DNA of 64,000 nucleotides. Source: Brevibacterium luteolum. Its GTDB lineage: Bacteria; Actinomycetota; Actinomycetes; Actinomycetales; Brevibacteriaceae. The notes under the pieces were generated by a model. It was not told the DNA's origin, did not search any database, and was given only the letters and a program-made list of their open reading frames with translations. The DNA lies in NCBI RefSeq assembly GCF_013004595.1, contig NZ_JABEMC010000002.1, forward strand, positions 62,001 to 126,000. Direction: 5' to 3'. Made by a program: the position numbers and the translations under genes. Shown here one piece after another: positions 32,242 through 42,220 of this stretch (the stretch's first letter is position 1; every line of letters begins with the position of its first letter).

Positions 32242-33477
32242 TCAGCCGGTGAGCTTCCCGTTGCGGGCGATGAGCCGGCCTGCCTTGAACACGAACCGCT
32301 CATCCGGGCAGTCCATGATCGCAGCGGTCACGGTGTCGGCCTTGGCCAGCAGCAGGTCGGCTGGGGCACCGACGGCCAATCCCGCCTCGGCGTCGGAGGT
32401 CACGTCACCGGCAGGGGCGTGCGGGACACCGTCGAGGATGTGGCGGCCGCCGCGGGAGGCGACGTCGAGGCAGTGCTCGATGTCGGCATCGGCGCGGAAG
32501 CCGTTGGTGAAGGCCAGCTGCCACACCCGGCGCAGCACATCACCGTCACCGTAGGGGCTCCAGTAGTCGCGCTGGCCGTCCTCACCGAGGCCCACCCGCA
32601 CGCCGGTCTCGGCGAGCATCCCCAGCGGCAGCACGGTGCCGGCCGGGGCGACAGTGGTGACGGCGATCTGGTTCGCCGCCAGCATCTCGGCCAGCCTGCG
32701 CTGTTCGCGCTCGGCGACGCTGCCGAGGACGAAGCAGTGTGAGACGGTCACCTTGCCCTGCATGCCCGCTGCCTGCGTGCGGGCGATGATCTCTTCGAGG
32801 CTGAACACGCCGACGGTGCCGCGTTCGTGGAGATGGATGTCGATGCCGAGGCCGTACTTCTCGGCCCAGCCGAAGACCATGTCGAGGTGCGTCTTCGGGT
32901 CCCGGTCATACGTCGTCGGGTCGAGCCCGCCGATGAGGTCAGCTCCGGCGGCCAGCCCCTGTTCGACGTAGCGCGGGGCGTCGGCATCGCGCAGCAGCCC
33001 GGCCTGCGGGAAGGCGACGATCTCCATGTCGACGATCCCGGCCAGGGTCTCCTTGGCGGCGTGGAGGGCTTCGAAGCGCTCGAGCTGGCAGTCGGAGTCG
33101 ATCTGGGCGTGCGTGCGGATGCGGGTGGCGCCGGAGGCGACCATCCGGCTGGCGGCGTAAACGGCCTGGTCGTAGGCGCTGCGCTCACCGTGGCGCCAGT
33201 TGGCGCGGTCGTTCATGATGAGCTCGTGCAGGCTGGATCCGGCGGTGTGCGGCCTAAACGTCTGGCCCAGCCGGTTCGAGTCGAGGTGGGCGTGGACATC
33301 CCCCAGGCTCGGCATGACGACGTAACCGGTCGCGTCGATGACGTCCGCGGTCGAGGCGGGGGCCGCCTCGGCGGCGGGAGCGATGGCTGCGATGGTGCCG
33401 TCATCGAGGGTGATGTCGACGGGGTCTGCGTCAGGGGCGCGGTTGAACAGGCGGGCGCCGGTGAGGATGGTAGGCAT
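32242..33477 (-). CDS. Metal-dependent amidohydrolase (cytosine-deaminase-like)
   Basis: DVHAHLD, VAFPQAG, DIHLHE, SHC, GEDG..DYWSPYGDGD. Confidence 0.88.
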   Translation of the reverse strand: MPTILTGARLFNRAPDADPVDITLDDGTIAAIAPAAEAAPASTADVIDATGYVVMPSLGDVHAHLDSNRLGQTFRPHTAGSSLHELIMNDRANWRHGERSAYDQAVYAASRMVASGATRIRTHAQIDSDCQLERFEALHAAKETLAGIVDMEIVAFPQAGLLRDADAPRYVEQGLAAGADLIGGLDPTTYDRDPKTHLDMVFGWAEKYGLGIDIHLHERGTVGVFSLEEIIARTQAAGMQGKVTVSHCFVLGSVAEREQRRLAEMLAANQIAVTTVAPAGTVLPLGMLAETGVRVGLGEDGQRDYWSPYGDGDVLRRVWQLAFTNGFRADADIEHCLDVASRGGRHILDGVPHAPAGDVTSDAEAGLAVGAPADLLLAKADTVTAAIMDCPDERFVFKAGRLIARNGKLTG

Positions 33478-33530
33478 GATCTGAGTCTATGCCCGCTGGC
33501 GCATGGCTGGAGGTGTACGGCAGGTGGGGC

Positions 33531-34199
33531 TCAGCTGACCGGCTGGCCGAAGGCGTGCCGGCGGATCCAGGCGTGCATGGCGATCGCGGCGGCGGCTGCG
33601 GCGTTCATCGACCGGGTCGAGCCGTACTGCTGGATCGAGAGCACCGCCTCACAGGCGGTGTGGGCGGCGTCGGTGAGGCCGGGGCCCTCCTGGCCGAAGA
33701 GGAACACGCACTTCTCCGGCAGCTCGTAGGTCTCCAGGGGCACGGAGTCGGGGAAGTTGTCGACGCCGATGAGCGGGAGGCTCCGCTCGGCACACCAGGC
33801 GGCCAGCGCCTCGGCGTCGGGGTGGTGGTGCAGGTGCTGGTAGCGGTCGGTGACCATCGCCCCGCGGCGGTTCCAGCGGCGCCGACCGACGATGTGGACG
33901 GCGGCGGCGTTGAAGGCGTTGGCGGTGCGCACGACCGAGCCGATGTTGAGGTCGTGCTGCCAGTTCTCGACGGCGACGTGGAAGCCGTGGCGGGTGCGGT
34001 CGAGGTCGGCGACGATCGCCTCGAGCTTCCAGTACCGGTACTTGTCGACGACGTTGCGGCGGTCGCCTTCGGCGAGCAGTTCCGGGTCGTAGTGCTCGCC
34101 GGTTGGCCACTCACCGGCCCAGGAGCCGACGCCGACGGTGGTGTCGGCATCGGCCCCTGGTGCAGGTGCTGGGTGCTCAGCACCCGGTGGCTGGGTCAC
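33531..34199 (-). CDS. TrmH/SpoU-family RNA methyltransferase
   Basis: NIGSVVRTANAF, FGQEGPGL, GSTRSMN. Confidence 0.92.
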   Translation of the reverse strand: MTQPPGAEHPAPAPGADADTTVGVGSWAGEWPTGEHYDPELLAEGDRRNVVDKYRYWKLEAIVADLDRTRHGFHVAVENWQHDLNIGSVVRTANAFNAAAVHIVGRRRWNRRGAMVTDRYQHLHHHPDAEALAAWCAERSLPLIGVDNFPDSVPLETYELPEKCVFLFGQEGPGLTDAAHTACEAVLSIQQYGSTRSMNAAAAAAIAMHAWIRRHAFGQPVS

Positions 34200-35839
34200 G
34201 GCTTCTTCTTGGAGCCGGACTTCTTGGCGGCAGGCTTCTTCGCCGCAGGCTTCGACTTCGTGGCGGTCTTCGCAGCCGTCGACCCGCTGGAGGACTCGTC
34301 AGCGTCGTCGACGTCGTCAGTCTCGTCCGCCTCGGCGCCGGCATCGTCTGCATCTGCGGAGTCGTCGGCGGCAGCGGACTTCTTGTCCGCCTCGGCACCG
34401 GCGCCCTTCTTGCGCAGCTTGACGGTGCGTCCGCCGTGTCCGGCGCCGCGCAGCAGGTTCTTCTCATAGGCGCCTGAAGAGAGGCCGAAGGCCATGAGCG
34501 CAAGGACGAGCGCGATGCCGGCGGCCAGCAGGCCCTCCCACCACTCGGCCTGGCCGGCGAAGTAGCGCATCGGCATGGCGACCGGGGCGGTGAACGGGAT
34601 GAAGGACAGGATCCGCAGGATGTCGGCCTTGAGCGCGAAGACCATCGGCACGAAGGCGCCGGCGGCGGCGAGCAGCACGATGAGGCCGTAGCCGATCTGG
34701 CGGGCGCGGCGCCCGGCTGGGGTGGCGGCCCACAGGAACAGCGACATGTACAGCAGCACAACGATGAGGAAGATCGCCGAGAACCAGCCGATGCCCGGGA
34801 GTGCGGCCATCGCCAGGGAGTTGAACGAGGCGATCGACAGGCCGAGCATGAGCACGCCGACGGTGATGACGAGGTAGACGAGTGCGAGCACCGTCAGCCC
34901 GTAGACCCGGCCCCAGGCAGCGGCCCTGGGCGGGATGGTGGCGGCGATGACCTCGGCGAGGCGGTTGCGCTTCTCGACCCGGGCGTTGGCGTACAGGGCA
35001 GCACCGAGGGTGAGCACGGAGGCGAGCAGCAGCAGGGCCATGCCCCAGACGAACACCGAGCTAGCCGCGGCCGGCACGGGTGGTTCCTCCAGGTAGGTCA
35101 CCGGCATCTCCGGCTGCAGCTTGTTCATGATCTCCGTCGGCTTGGAGTTCAGCGCCACCAGCTGCTGCTGGCCCATGCCCGAGGGGTCGACGAGGAGTGC
35201 GGCATCGGCTTCGCCGGTGCGCACGAGCTCCTGGGCCTTCTCCACGGAGTCGACGTCCTTGATTTTCAGGCCCAGCTGCTGTTCGGCAGCTGCGGCCTGT
35301 TCGCCGAGGCCGACGGTGGCCAGAGTCGAGTCGCCGGTGGAGCCTTCCGGGCTGGCGTTCTGCGCGCCGATGATGATCGCGGCGATGACGGCCAGGCCGA
35401 GGATCAGGCTGGTGACGTAGAACAGCGGCGAGCGGGACACGGACACGGTCTCGCGGTTGGACACGAGCCAGGCGGCCTGCCGGCCGGTGAGGTCGCGGAA
35501 CTCAGACACGAGCCCGGTCTTGGGTTCGCTGCCGGGATCCGGGCGGTCTTCGCGCAGCTCATAGGGCACATCGGCATCGGTGAGCAGATCGTCATCGGAG
35601 TCGATCGTCTCGACCGGGATCTCGTCCTCGGAATCGACGTCTGTCTCAGCGTCAGCCTCAGCGTCTGCGTCCTCGGCGAGGGCATCGGCTTCGCCGGGTT
35701 CGGTGTCCTCATCGAGGATGACGAGGTCGTCATCGGCGCCGGGAGCCGTCGGGTCGGCCGGGTCGACCGGGGCGCTGGCCTCAGCTGGGTCAGTGGGGTC
35801 GACCGGGTCGGTGAGGTCCTTCTTGTTCTTGTCGTTCAC
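34196..35839 (-). CDS. ABC-2 type permease with acidic N-terminal extension
   Basis: EKRNRLAEVI, SFIPFTAPVAMPMR; several TM segments; follows an ATPase gene. Confidence 0.82.
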   Translation of the reverse strand: MNDKNKKDLTDPVDPTDPAEASAPVDPADPTAPGADDDLVILDEDTEPGEADALAEDADAEADAETDVDSEDEIPVETIDSDDDLLTDADVPYELREDRPDPGSEPKTGLVSEFRDLTGRQAAWLVSNRETVSVSRSPLFYVTSLILGLAVIAAIIIGAQNASPEGSTGDSTLATVGLGEQAAAAEQQLGLKIKDVDSVEKAQELVRTGEADAALLVDPSGMGQQQLVALNSKPTEIMNKLQPEMPVTYLEEPPVPAAASSVFVWGMALLLLASVLTLGAALYANARVEKRNRLAEVIAATIPPRAAAWGRVYGLTVLALVYLVITVGVLMLGLSIASFNSLAMAALPGIGWFSAIFLIVVLLYMSLFLWAATPAGRRARQIGYGLIVLLAAAGAFVPMVFALKADILRILSFIPFTAPVAMPMRYFAGQAEWWEGLLAAGIALVLALMAFGLSSGAYEKNLLRGAGHGGRTVKLRKKGAGAEADKKSAAADDSADADDAGAEADETDDVDDADESSSGSTAAKTATKSKPAAKKPAAKKSGSKKKP

Positions 35840-36742
35840 TCAGATCCTCTCCTTCAGCAGCTCGGCCAGGCTCGCGTTGTGCGCACCATATTCTGTCACG
35901 CCGCTCGTCTCAGCCACGGCAGCGAAGGCCCCCTGCGGATCGGATGCGGAGAAGACCACCAGCTCGCGGTCAGCTGCGCCGGTCTCCTCATCGTCTGCGA
36001 CATCGATGCCAGGGTGAGCGGCCAGGCTGGTGCGTCCCGCCTCGGCGGCGGCAGCGCTCTCGTAGCGGACGGCGTACTGGTTCGCGTCCCGGCGCAGCGT
36101 GGCCAGTGCACCCTTCCCGACGACTGTGCCGCGGTCGAGGGCGATGACGTCATCAGCGACCGATTCGGTCAGCTCATAGGAATCGGAGGTGAAGATGACC
36201 GGGACGCCGGAGTCGGCGTGGTCGCGCAGCAGGCTGAAGACCTTCTCGGTGCTCGCGGCATCGAGACCGTCAAACGGGTCGTCGAGCACGACGACGTCCG
36301 GGTCGGCAGCGAGCACGGCGGCGATCTCAGCACGGGCGACCTCGGTGCCCGACAGGTGCGACAGCGGCGCGTAGGCGCGGTCGGACAGGTCGAGGCGCGA
36401 GAGCAGAATGACGGCGTTGCGCTCGGCTGCCCCCATCGTCATGCCGTGCAGGCGGGCGAGGTAGACGATCTGCTCGAGGACCTTCATCCCCGGGTAGCCG
36501 CCGCGTTCGGCGGGCAGATAGCCGAAGTTCTGCCGGTCGCCGAAGCCCAGTTCGTGGCCTTCGAGTTCGACGGTGCCATCATCGGGGGTGATGAGGCCCA
36601 TGATGACGCGGACGAGTTCGGTCTTGCCGGAGCCGCGCTGGCCGACGATGCCGGTCAGGCGGCGCGGGCGGGCGGTCAGCGATACGTCCTTCAGCCACGT
36701 CTTGCGGCCGGACTTGAGCGTGATGCCGGTGAGTTCGAGCAC
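35840..36742 (-). CDS. ABC ATP-binding protein with degenerate catalytic motifs
   Basis: Walker A GQRGSGKT, GYLP.ERG.YP, LSGTE, VLDDP. Confidence 0.85.
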   Translation of the reverse strand: MLELTGITLKSGRKTWLKDVSLTARPRRLTGIVGQRGSGKTELVRVIMGLITPDDGTVELEGHELGFGDRQNFGYLPAERGGYPGMKVLEQIVYLARLHGMTMGAAERNAVILLSRLDLSDRAYAPLSHLSGTEVARAEIAAVLAADPDVVVLDDPFDGLDAASTEKVFSLLRDHADSGVPVIFTSDSYELTESVADDVIALDRGTVVGKGALATLRRDANQYAVRYESAAAAEAGRTSLAAHPGIDVADDEETGAADRELVVFSASDPQGAFAAVAETSGVTEYGAHNASLAELLKERI

Positions 36743-36878
36743 GGGTGGTCCTTCGATTGACGGGGGTGCGCGCCGCGTGCGGCGCCGGGTCTAGTGTTGC
36801 GTGCGGTGTCAGCTGCCGTCCAATCCCAGCGGTGGCGGCACCGGGCCCGAGGTGCCGGTCCGGTTGGGATCGTGACGC

Positions 36879-37439
36879 TCAGTCGAGACCGAGGTCGCTG
36901 GTGCTCAGCGCGATGAGGTACGGCAGGCCTGCGGCCTCGACGCGCTCCTTGGCACCGGTGTTGCGGTCCATCACGACGGCGACGGCGATGACCTCAGCAC
37001 CGGCTTCGCGCAGCGCCTCGACAGCGGTGAGCACGGAGCCGCCGGTCGTCGAGGTGTCCTCGACGGCGATGACCTTGCGGCCGGCCACATCGGGACCTTC
37101 GACGCGGCGGCCCATGCCGTGTTCCTTGGCGGCCTTGCGCACGACGAAGGTGTCCTTGGGGGTGCCGCGGACGACGGAGCGGTGCATGATCGCGGTGCCG
37201 ACCGGGTCGGCGCCCATCGTCAGGCCGCCGATCGCCTCGACCTCGTCGAGGTAGCCGGTGGATTCCAGCAGGTCGAGCATGACGTCGCCGATGAGCGGGG
37301 CGCTGCGGTGGTCGAGGGTGACCCGGCGCAGGTCGAGGTAGTAGTCGGCCTCCTTGCCGGAGGACAGCGTGACCTTTCCGCGCACGACGGCGAGTTCGTC
37401 GATGAGCTGCAGCAGCTGGGATTTCGCAGTTTCTGACAT
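36879..37439 (-). CDS. pyrE: Orotate phosphoribosyltransferase
   Basis: LSSGKEADYYLDLRR, GGLTMGADP, VRK..KEHG, VEDTSTTGGS. Confidence 0.96.
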   Translation of the reverse strand: MSETAKSQLLQLIDELAVVRGKVTLSSGKEADYYLDLRRVTLDHRSAPLIGDVMLDLLESTGYLDEVEAIGGLTMGADPVGTAIMHRSVVRGTPKDTFVVRKAAKEHGMGRRVEGPDVAGRKVIAVEDTSTTGGSVLTAVEALREAGAEVIAVAVVMDRNTGAKERVEAAGLPYLIALSTSDLGLD

Positions 37440-37494
37440 GCGCTCAGTCTACGTGGACGAAGCCGAGTGCCAGCTGAAGAGGTCCTGCCTGGAG

Positions 37495-37612
37495 AAACAC
37501 AAAGACCCCGGGGCGCGTCACGCGTCTTCCCGGGGCCTTTGCAGCACTCCCCTCGAGTACCCGGACGCATCCCCATACGTCCGTCATTCGCCCGATCCCC
37601 ACCGGGTCGAAT
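37495..37612 (-). ncRNA. Candidate small RNA: three G-rich-loop hairpins plus an intrinsic terminator
   Basis: Stems CCCGGU-GGGG-AUCGGG, GGACGUAU-GGGG-AUGCGUCC and GUACUC-GAGGG-GAGUGC, then AAAGGCCCCGGG..CCCGGGGUCUUUGUGUUU. Each stem has a G-U pair only on the minus strand; AT-rich DNA lies upstream. Confidence 0.6.
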
Positions 37613-37861
37613 TATCACCATTTAACCATGGATTAGTTGATTTGTGAACTTGTCCTGCGAAGAAAATCTCACCGGTCACACGCGCCACCCGAGTCCGGAA
37701 ATCGGCCTCTTACCTGCGTTTATATTGCATGTTTGGCTTTGCATATGCGAAGCGGCTGATAGGCGGAAGGGGCTGCTCGTGGCGAGGCGTGCCGCTCGCT
37801 GTGCCCGGCTGCCGATTCCCCAAAGGCACCTTGTCTTCACTGCGCGGGCGGCCTCGGGAGT

Positions 37862-38701
37862 TCAGCGGCGTGGCTGCCGGGTGAAGCGGAAGCCGTTGCT
37901 GGCGAACCGGATGAGGGGTCTGGGCAGCACCTGGGCTGCGGCGTAGGCGAGCTTGTACTGCAGGCCGGGCACGGAGACGACCCTGCCTGCGCGGGCATCG
38001 CGCAGCCCCTGCCGGGCGACGGTCGAGGCGTCGACCCAGGCTGCGGCCGGCAGATGCGACATGTCGACGTCCATGCGGTCGTGGAACTCGGTGCGCACGA
38101 ACCCGGGCAGCACCGCGGTGGCGGTCACGCCGGTGCCGGCGAGTGCGGCGGCGAGGCTTTCGGTGAAGATGAGCACATGCGACTTCGCTCCGGCGTAGGT
38201 GCCCATCGTCGTGACCGCGGCCATCGAGGCGATGTTGACGATGCCACCGCGGCCGCGGGCGCGCATCGCATGGGCTGCATGCCAGGAGATGTCCTCAACG
38301 GCGCGGATGAGCACGGTGTCGAGCTTCGCGAGCTCCGCCGGGTCGGTTCTCAGCACCGAAGAGCGCAGTCCGTAGCCGGCGCTGTTGACGACGACGTCGA
38401 CGCGGCGGGAGTCGATGAGGTCGGTGACCTGCCGGATCCCGCCGATCGTCCCGTCGCCCTCAGTCCGGCTGAGATCGCAGCTGAGCACCTCGCAGACGAT
38501 CCGGTAGCGGTGCATGAGCCTGACGGCTGTGGCGTCGAGGCGCTCGAGGTCGCGGGCGACGAGGATGAGCCGGTAGCCGTCGGCGGCGAGCTCATGGGCG
38601 ATCGCCAGCCCGATGCCGCTGGTGGCACCCGTGATGAGGGCGACCGGCGCCTCGGGCGCGGGGGCAGCGGGCACGGAACTCAGGCTGGGTGTCGATGCCA
38701 T
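37862..38701 (-). CDS. Short-chain dehydrogenase/reductase
   Basis: TGATSGIG, VNSAG, YAGAK, PGFVRTEF. Confidence 0.92.
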   Translation of the reverse strand: MASTPSLSSVPAAPAPEAPVALITGATSGIGLAIAHELAADGYRLILVARDLERLDATAVRLMHRYRIVCEVLSCDLSRTEGDGTIGGIRQVTDLIDSRRVDVVVNSAGYGLRSSVLRTDPAELAKLDTVLIRAVEDISWHAAHAMRARGRGGIVNIASMAAVTTMGTYAGAKSHVLIFTESLAAALAGTGVTATAVLPGFVRTEFHDRMDVDMSHLPAAAWVDASTVARQGLRDARAGRVVSVPGLQYKLAYAAAQVLPRPLIRFASNGFRFTRQPRR

Positions 38702-38724
38702 GGCCACAGCATAAGCGCACACGG

Positions 38725-38759
38725 CTGATCCCGCCCTGTCATCTGCAGGGCGGGATCAG
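38725..38759. terminator. Hairpin downstream of glcB
   Basis: ctgatcccgccctg-N7-cagggcgggatcag. Confidence 0.7.
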
Positions 38760-38770
38760 ACGGCTGCCGC

Positions 38771-40969
38771 TCAGGCGCGCTGCTCGGCCTTCTTGGCCCG
38801 GCGGGCGCGGTGCAGGATCGGCTCGGTGTAGCCGCTGGGCTGGCTGGCGCCGTCGACGATGAGCGAGCGGGCGGCTTCGAAGGCGATGCCGCTGCCCTTG
38901 CCGTCGGTGACGAGCGGCTCGTAGTTCGGATCGCCGGCGTTCTGCTCATCGACCACGGCGGCTAGGCGGTTGAGGCTCTCGTCAACCTGGTCGAGGCTGA
39001 TGACGTCATGGGCGAGCCAGTTGGCCAGCAGCTGGCTGGAGATGCGCAGGGTGGCGCGGTCCTCCATGAGAGCGACGTCGTGGATGTCGGGCACCTTCGA
39101 GCAGCCGACACCCTGGTCGACCCAGCGCACCACGTAGCCGAGGATCGACTGGACGTTCTCATCGACCTCGGTCTGGCGCTCCTCGTCGCTCAGCGAGGCC
39201 GGGTCGCCCAGCGGCAGCACGAGCAGCGGGTCGAGCCCGGCGGGTTCACGGGTGGCGATCTCGCTCTGGATCTCGAAGGCGTCTGCCTGGTGGTAGTGCA
39301 GCGCGTGCAGGGTGGCGGCGGTCGGCGAGGGCACCCAGGCGGCGGTCGCGCCGGCCTTCACGTGGCCGATCTTCTGCTTAAGCATGTCGTGCATGAGGTC
39401 GGGCATCGCCCACATGCCCTTGCCGATCTGGGCGTGGCCGCGGAAGCCGGCGGCCAGGCCGATATCGACATTGGCATCCTCGTAGGCCTTGAGGAAGCTC
39501 TGGGACTTCATCTCGGCCTTGCGCACGACCGGCCCGGCCTGCATCGAGGTGTGGATCTCATCGCCGGTGCGGTCGAGGAAGCCGGTGTTGATGAATACGA
39601 CGCGGTCGGCTGCCTGGGCGATCGCGGCGGCGAGGTTGGCGCTCGTGCGGCGCTCCTCGTCCATGATGCCGATCTTGAGCGTGCGCGCAGGCAGGTCAAG
39701 GAGCTGCTCGACGCGGGCGAAGAGCTCGACGGCGAAGGCGACTTCGTCGGGCCCGTGCATCTTCGGCTTGACGATGTACATCGAGCCAGCACGCGAGTTG
39801 CCGGTTCCTGCTCGCAGGGCCGGTGCGGCGGCGAGCGCGGTCATGATGGCGTCGAGGATGCCCTCGGGGACCTCCTTGCCGTCGGCGCCGAGCACGGCGT
39901 CGGTGGTCATGAGGTGGCCGACGTTGCGCACGAACAGCACCGACCGGCCCGGCAGGGAGATCTCGCCGCTGCCATTGGGGGCGACATAGGTGCGGTCGGG
40001 GTTGAGCGAGCGGGTGAAGGTGCGGCCGTTCTTCGTCACCTCTTGGGACAGGGTGCCGGTGGCCAGGCCGCGCCAGTTGCGGTAGCAGTGCGTCTTGTCC
40101 TCGGCATCGACGGCGGCGACGGAGTCTTCGAGGTCGATGATGGTGGTGACGGCGGATTCGACGACGATGTCTTCGATGCCGGCGGCGTCGGTCTTTCCGA
40201 TCGTGCCGGTGGGGTCGAAGACGATGTCGATGTGCAGGCCGTTGTGCAGCAGCAGGACGTTCGTCGGCGAGTCCGGGTCACCAGCGAAGCCGGCGAACAC
40301 CTCGGGCTTGGCGAGCGTGGCCTCACTGCCGCCGTTGAGTGTCACGTGCAGCTGGCCATCGGCGATCCGGTAGCCGGTGGCGTCGGCGTGCGAGCCCTCG
40401 GTGAGTGCTGCGGCCTGGTCGAGCAGTTCGCGGCCCTTGGCGATGACGGCGGCGCCGCGGGTCGGGTTGTAGCCGCTGCCCGGTGCCAGCTCACCGCTCT
40501 GGTCGATGGCGTCGGTGCCGTAGTAGGCGTCGTAGAGCGAACCCCAGCGGGCATTGGCGGCGTTGATGGCGAAGCGGGCGTTGGAGACCGGCACGACGAG
40601 CTGCGGGCCGGCCTGGTCGGTGATCTCCGGGTCGACGTTCTCGGTGGTGACCGTGACGTTCTCCGGTGCGGGGACGAGGTAGCCGATCTCCTCGAGGAAC
40701 GCCCGGTACTCCTTGGCATCCGGGGCGCCGGGGTTTTTGCGGTGGTAGTCGTCGATCTTGTGCTGCAGCTGCTCGCGGATGTCCAGCAGCTCGCGGTTGC
40801 GCGGGGTGAGGTCGGCCAGCAGCTCAGCGACTCCGCTCCAGAACGCGTCGGCCTTGATGCCGGCCGCCGGCAGCGCCTCGCGTTCGGTGAAGTCAGCCAG
40901 CTCAGCGGCGACCTGCAGACCAGCGCGGGTCACTGTGTTCGATGCGGTCGTCTGATTATTGTCAGTCAT
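38771..40969 (-). CDS. glcB: Malate synthase G
   Basis: [64 protein letters not shown]. Confidence 0.97.
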   Translation of the reverse strand: MTDNNQTTASNTVTRAGLQVAAELADFTEREALPAAGIKADAFWSGVAELLADLTPRNRELLDIREQLQHKIDDYHRKNPGAPDAKEYRAFLEEIGYLVPAPENVTVTTENVDPEITDQAGPQLVVPVSNARFAINAANARWGSLYDAYYGTDAIDQSGELAPGSGYNPTRGAAVIAKGRELLDQAAALTEGSHADATGYRIADGQLHVTLNGGSEATLAKPEVFAGFAGDPDSPTNVLLLHNGLHIDIVFDPTGTIGKTDAAGIEDIVVESAVTTIIDLEDSVAAVDAEDKTHCYRNWRGLATGTLSQEVTKNGRTFTRSLNPDRTYVAPNGSGEISLPGRSVLFVRNVGHLMTTDAVLGADGKEVPEGILDAIMTALAAAPALRAGTGNSRAGSMYIVKPKMHGPDEVAFAVELFARVEQLLDLPARTLKIGIMDEERRTSANLAAAIAQAADRVVFINTGFLDRTGDEIHTSMQAGPVVRKAEMKSQSFLKAYEDANVDIGLAAGFRGHAQIGKGMWAMPDLMHDMLKQKIGHVKAGATAAWVPSPTAATLHALHYHQADAFEIQSEIATREPAGLDPLLVLPLGDPASLSDEERQTEVDENVQSILGYVVRWVDQGVGCSKVPDIHDVALMEDRATLRISSQLLANWLAHDVISLDQVDESLNRLAAVVDEQNAGDPNYEPLVTDGKGSGIAFEAARSLIVDGASQPSGYTEPILHRARRAKKAEQRA

Positions 40970-41023
40970 CGTCATTCCTCCATGCCGGGGATGCAGGGGG
41001 ATGCTGCGAGCGGGCATACCTGC

Positions 41024-41047
41024 ACTATAGATTCCATTACGTGGAAT
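41024..41047 (-). promoter_or_regulatory. glcB -10 box and adjacent palindromic operator (IclR-type candidate)
   Basis: TATAGT on the minus strand at 41024-41029; ATTCCA-ttacg-TGGAAT at 41031-41047. Confidence 0.6.
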
Positions 41048-41102
41048 AGTGTATCTATATTGCGGATGCTTGTGAAGCAGCTCTCAACGACCGGGTTCGT
41101 CG

Positions 41103-41243
41103 GGCATTGAGAGCACCAGATTCGGCCATGACAATGCGGGTGATGGGATCGGCTCCGATCTTCTTCATCCGGTTGAGGGAGACGGCAATGCCCCGCTCGA
41201 CTGCCGCGCAGCCGCCGGAACGTCCTGTTCCAGCTCCGCAGGG
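41103..41243 (-). pseudogene. Remnant of a FAD-linked oxidase (GlcD-like) gene
   Basis: PCGAGTGRSGGCAAVERGIAVSLNRMKKIGADPITRIVMAESGALNA resembles the PRGAGTGLSGG...GIVLSLERM FAD_binding_4 segment. Confidence 0.55.
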
Positions 41244-41342
41244 GTCGGCCGTCGTCTGCATTGCGGGCGCTCACCTCGGTCCGCTGACGAGGTGCGGGCC
41301 CGGGGAGGCGGCAGCGGCTGTGTCCTCGGTTAGAGTGGGGGC

Positions 41343-42134
41343 GTGCGAATCGCTACGTGGAACGTGAACTCTGTCAGGGCCCGCGCCGAACGCATCGGTG
41401 CATGGCTGGAGCGCTCGGATGCCGATGTGCTCGCCATCCAGGAACTCAAGTGCAAGGACGCGCAGATGCCTGTCGCGGTCTTCGAGGAGCGCGGGTACGA
41501 AGTCGCCTATCACGGGCTGAACCAGTGGAACGGGGTGGCGATCGCCTCCCGGGTGGGGCTTGCCGATGTGCAGCTCGGCTTCGAGAACGTGCCCGGCTTC
41601 GGCGATGACGACGCCGTGGAGGCCCGCGCCATCAACGCCGACTGCGGCGGGGTGCGCGTGCATTCGCTGTATGTGCCCAACGGCCGCGAGCTCGATCACC
41701 CGCACTATGACTACAAGCTGCGGTGGCTGTCGGCGCTGCGCCAGGACGTCTCCGCGCAGCTAGCCGAAGACCCTAAGGCCAAGCTCGTGCTCTGCGGTGA
41801 CTTCAATGTCGCCCCGCACGATGAGGACGTGTGGGACATGGAGGCCTTCGCCGGCTGCACGCACGTCTCCCAGCCTGAGCGCGACGCCTTTCAGGCACTC
41901 CTCGACGCCGGCCTGACCGATGTCGCCCGCCCGTTCACTCCCGGCCCCGGTGTGTACACGTACTGGGACTACCAGAAGCTGCGCTTCCCCAAGAAGGAGG
42001 GCATGCGCATCGACTTCCAGCTCGCCTCCGCGACCCTCGCCGAGGCAGCGACCGGTGCGTTCATCGATCGCGAGGAGCGCAAGGGCAAGGGAGCATCCGA
42101 CCACGCCCCGGTCGTCGTCGACTACGCGCTCTGA
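41343..42134 (+). CDS. xth: Exodeoxyribonuclease III
   Basis: MRIATWNVNS, QELK, YVPNG, GDFNVAP, RIDF, SDHAP. Confidence 0.95.
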   Translation: MRIATWNVNSVRARAERIGAWLERSDADVLAIQELKCKDAQMPVAVFEERGYEVAYHGLNQWNGVAIASRVGLADVQLGFENVPGFGDDDAVEARAINADCGGVRVHSLYVPNGRELDHPHYDYKLRWLSALRQDVSAQLAEDPKAKLVLCGDFNVAPHDEDVWDMEAFAGCTHVSQPERDAFQALLDAGLTDVARPFTPGPGVYTYWDYQKLRFPKKEGMRIDFQLASATLAEAATGAFIDREERKGKGASDHAPVVVDYAL

Positions 42135-42220
42135 GCTGACCCTCAGCCGGCCTCGCTAGCCTGACGGGAAACCGCGCACCGGCCGCTGCGGCCGGTGACC
42201 GATCCCCGAAAGGCTCCCGC

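Noticed and set aside
37543..37611. Plus-strand 6C RNA (C-rich loops)
   Set aside because: The loops have four Cs rather than six, and each stem has an A-C mismatch on the plus strand that becomes G-U on the minus strand.
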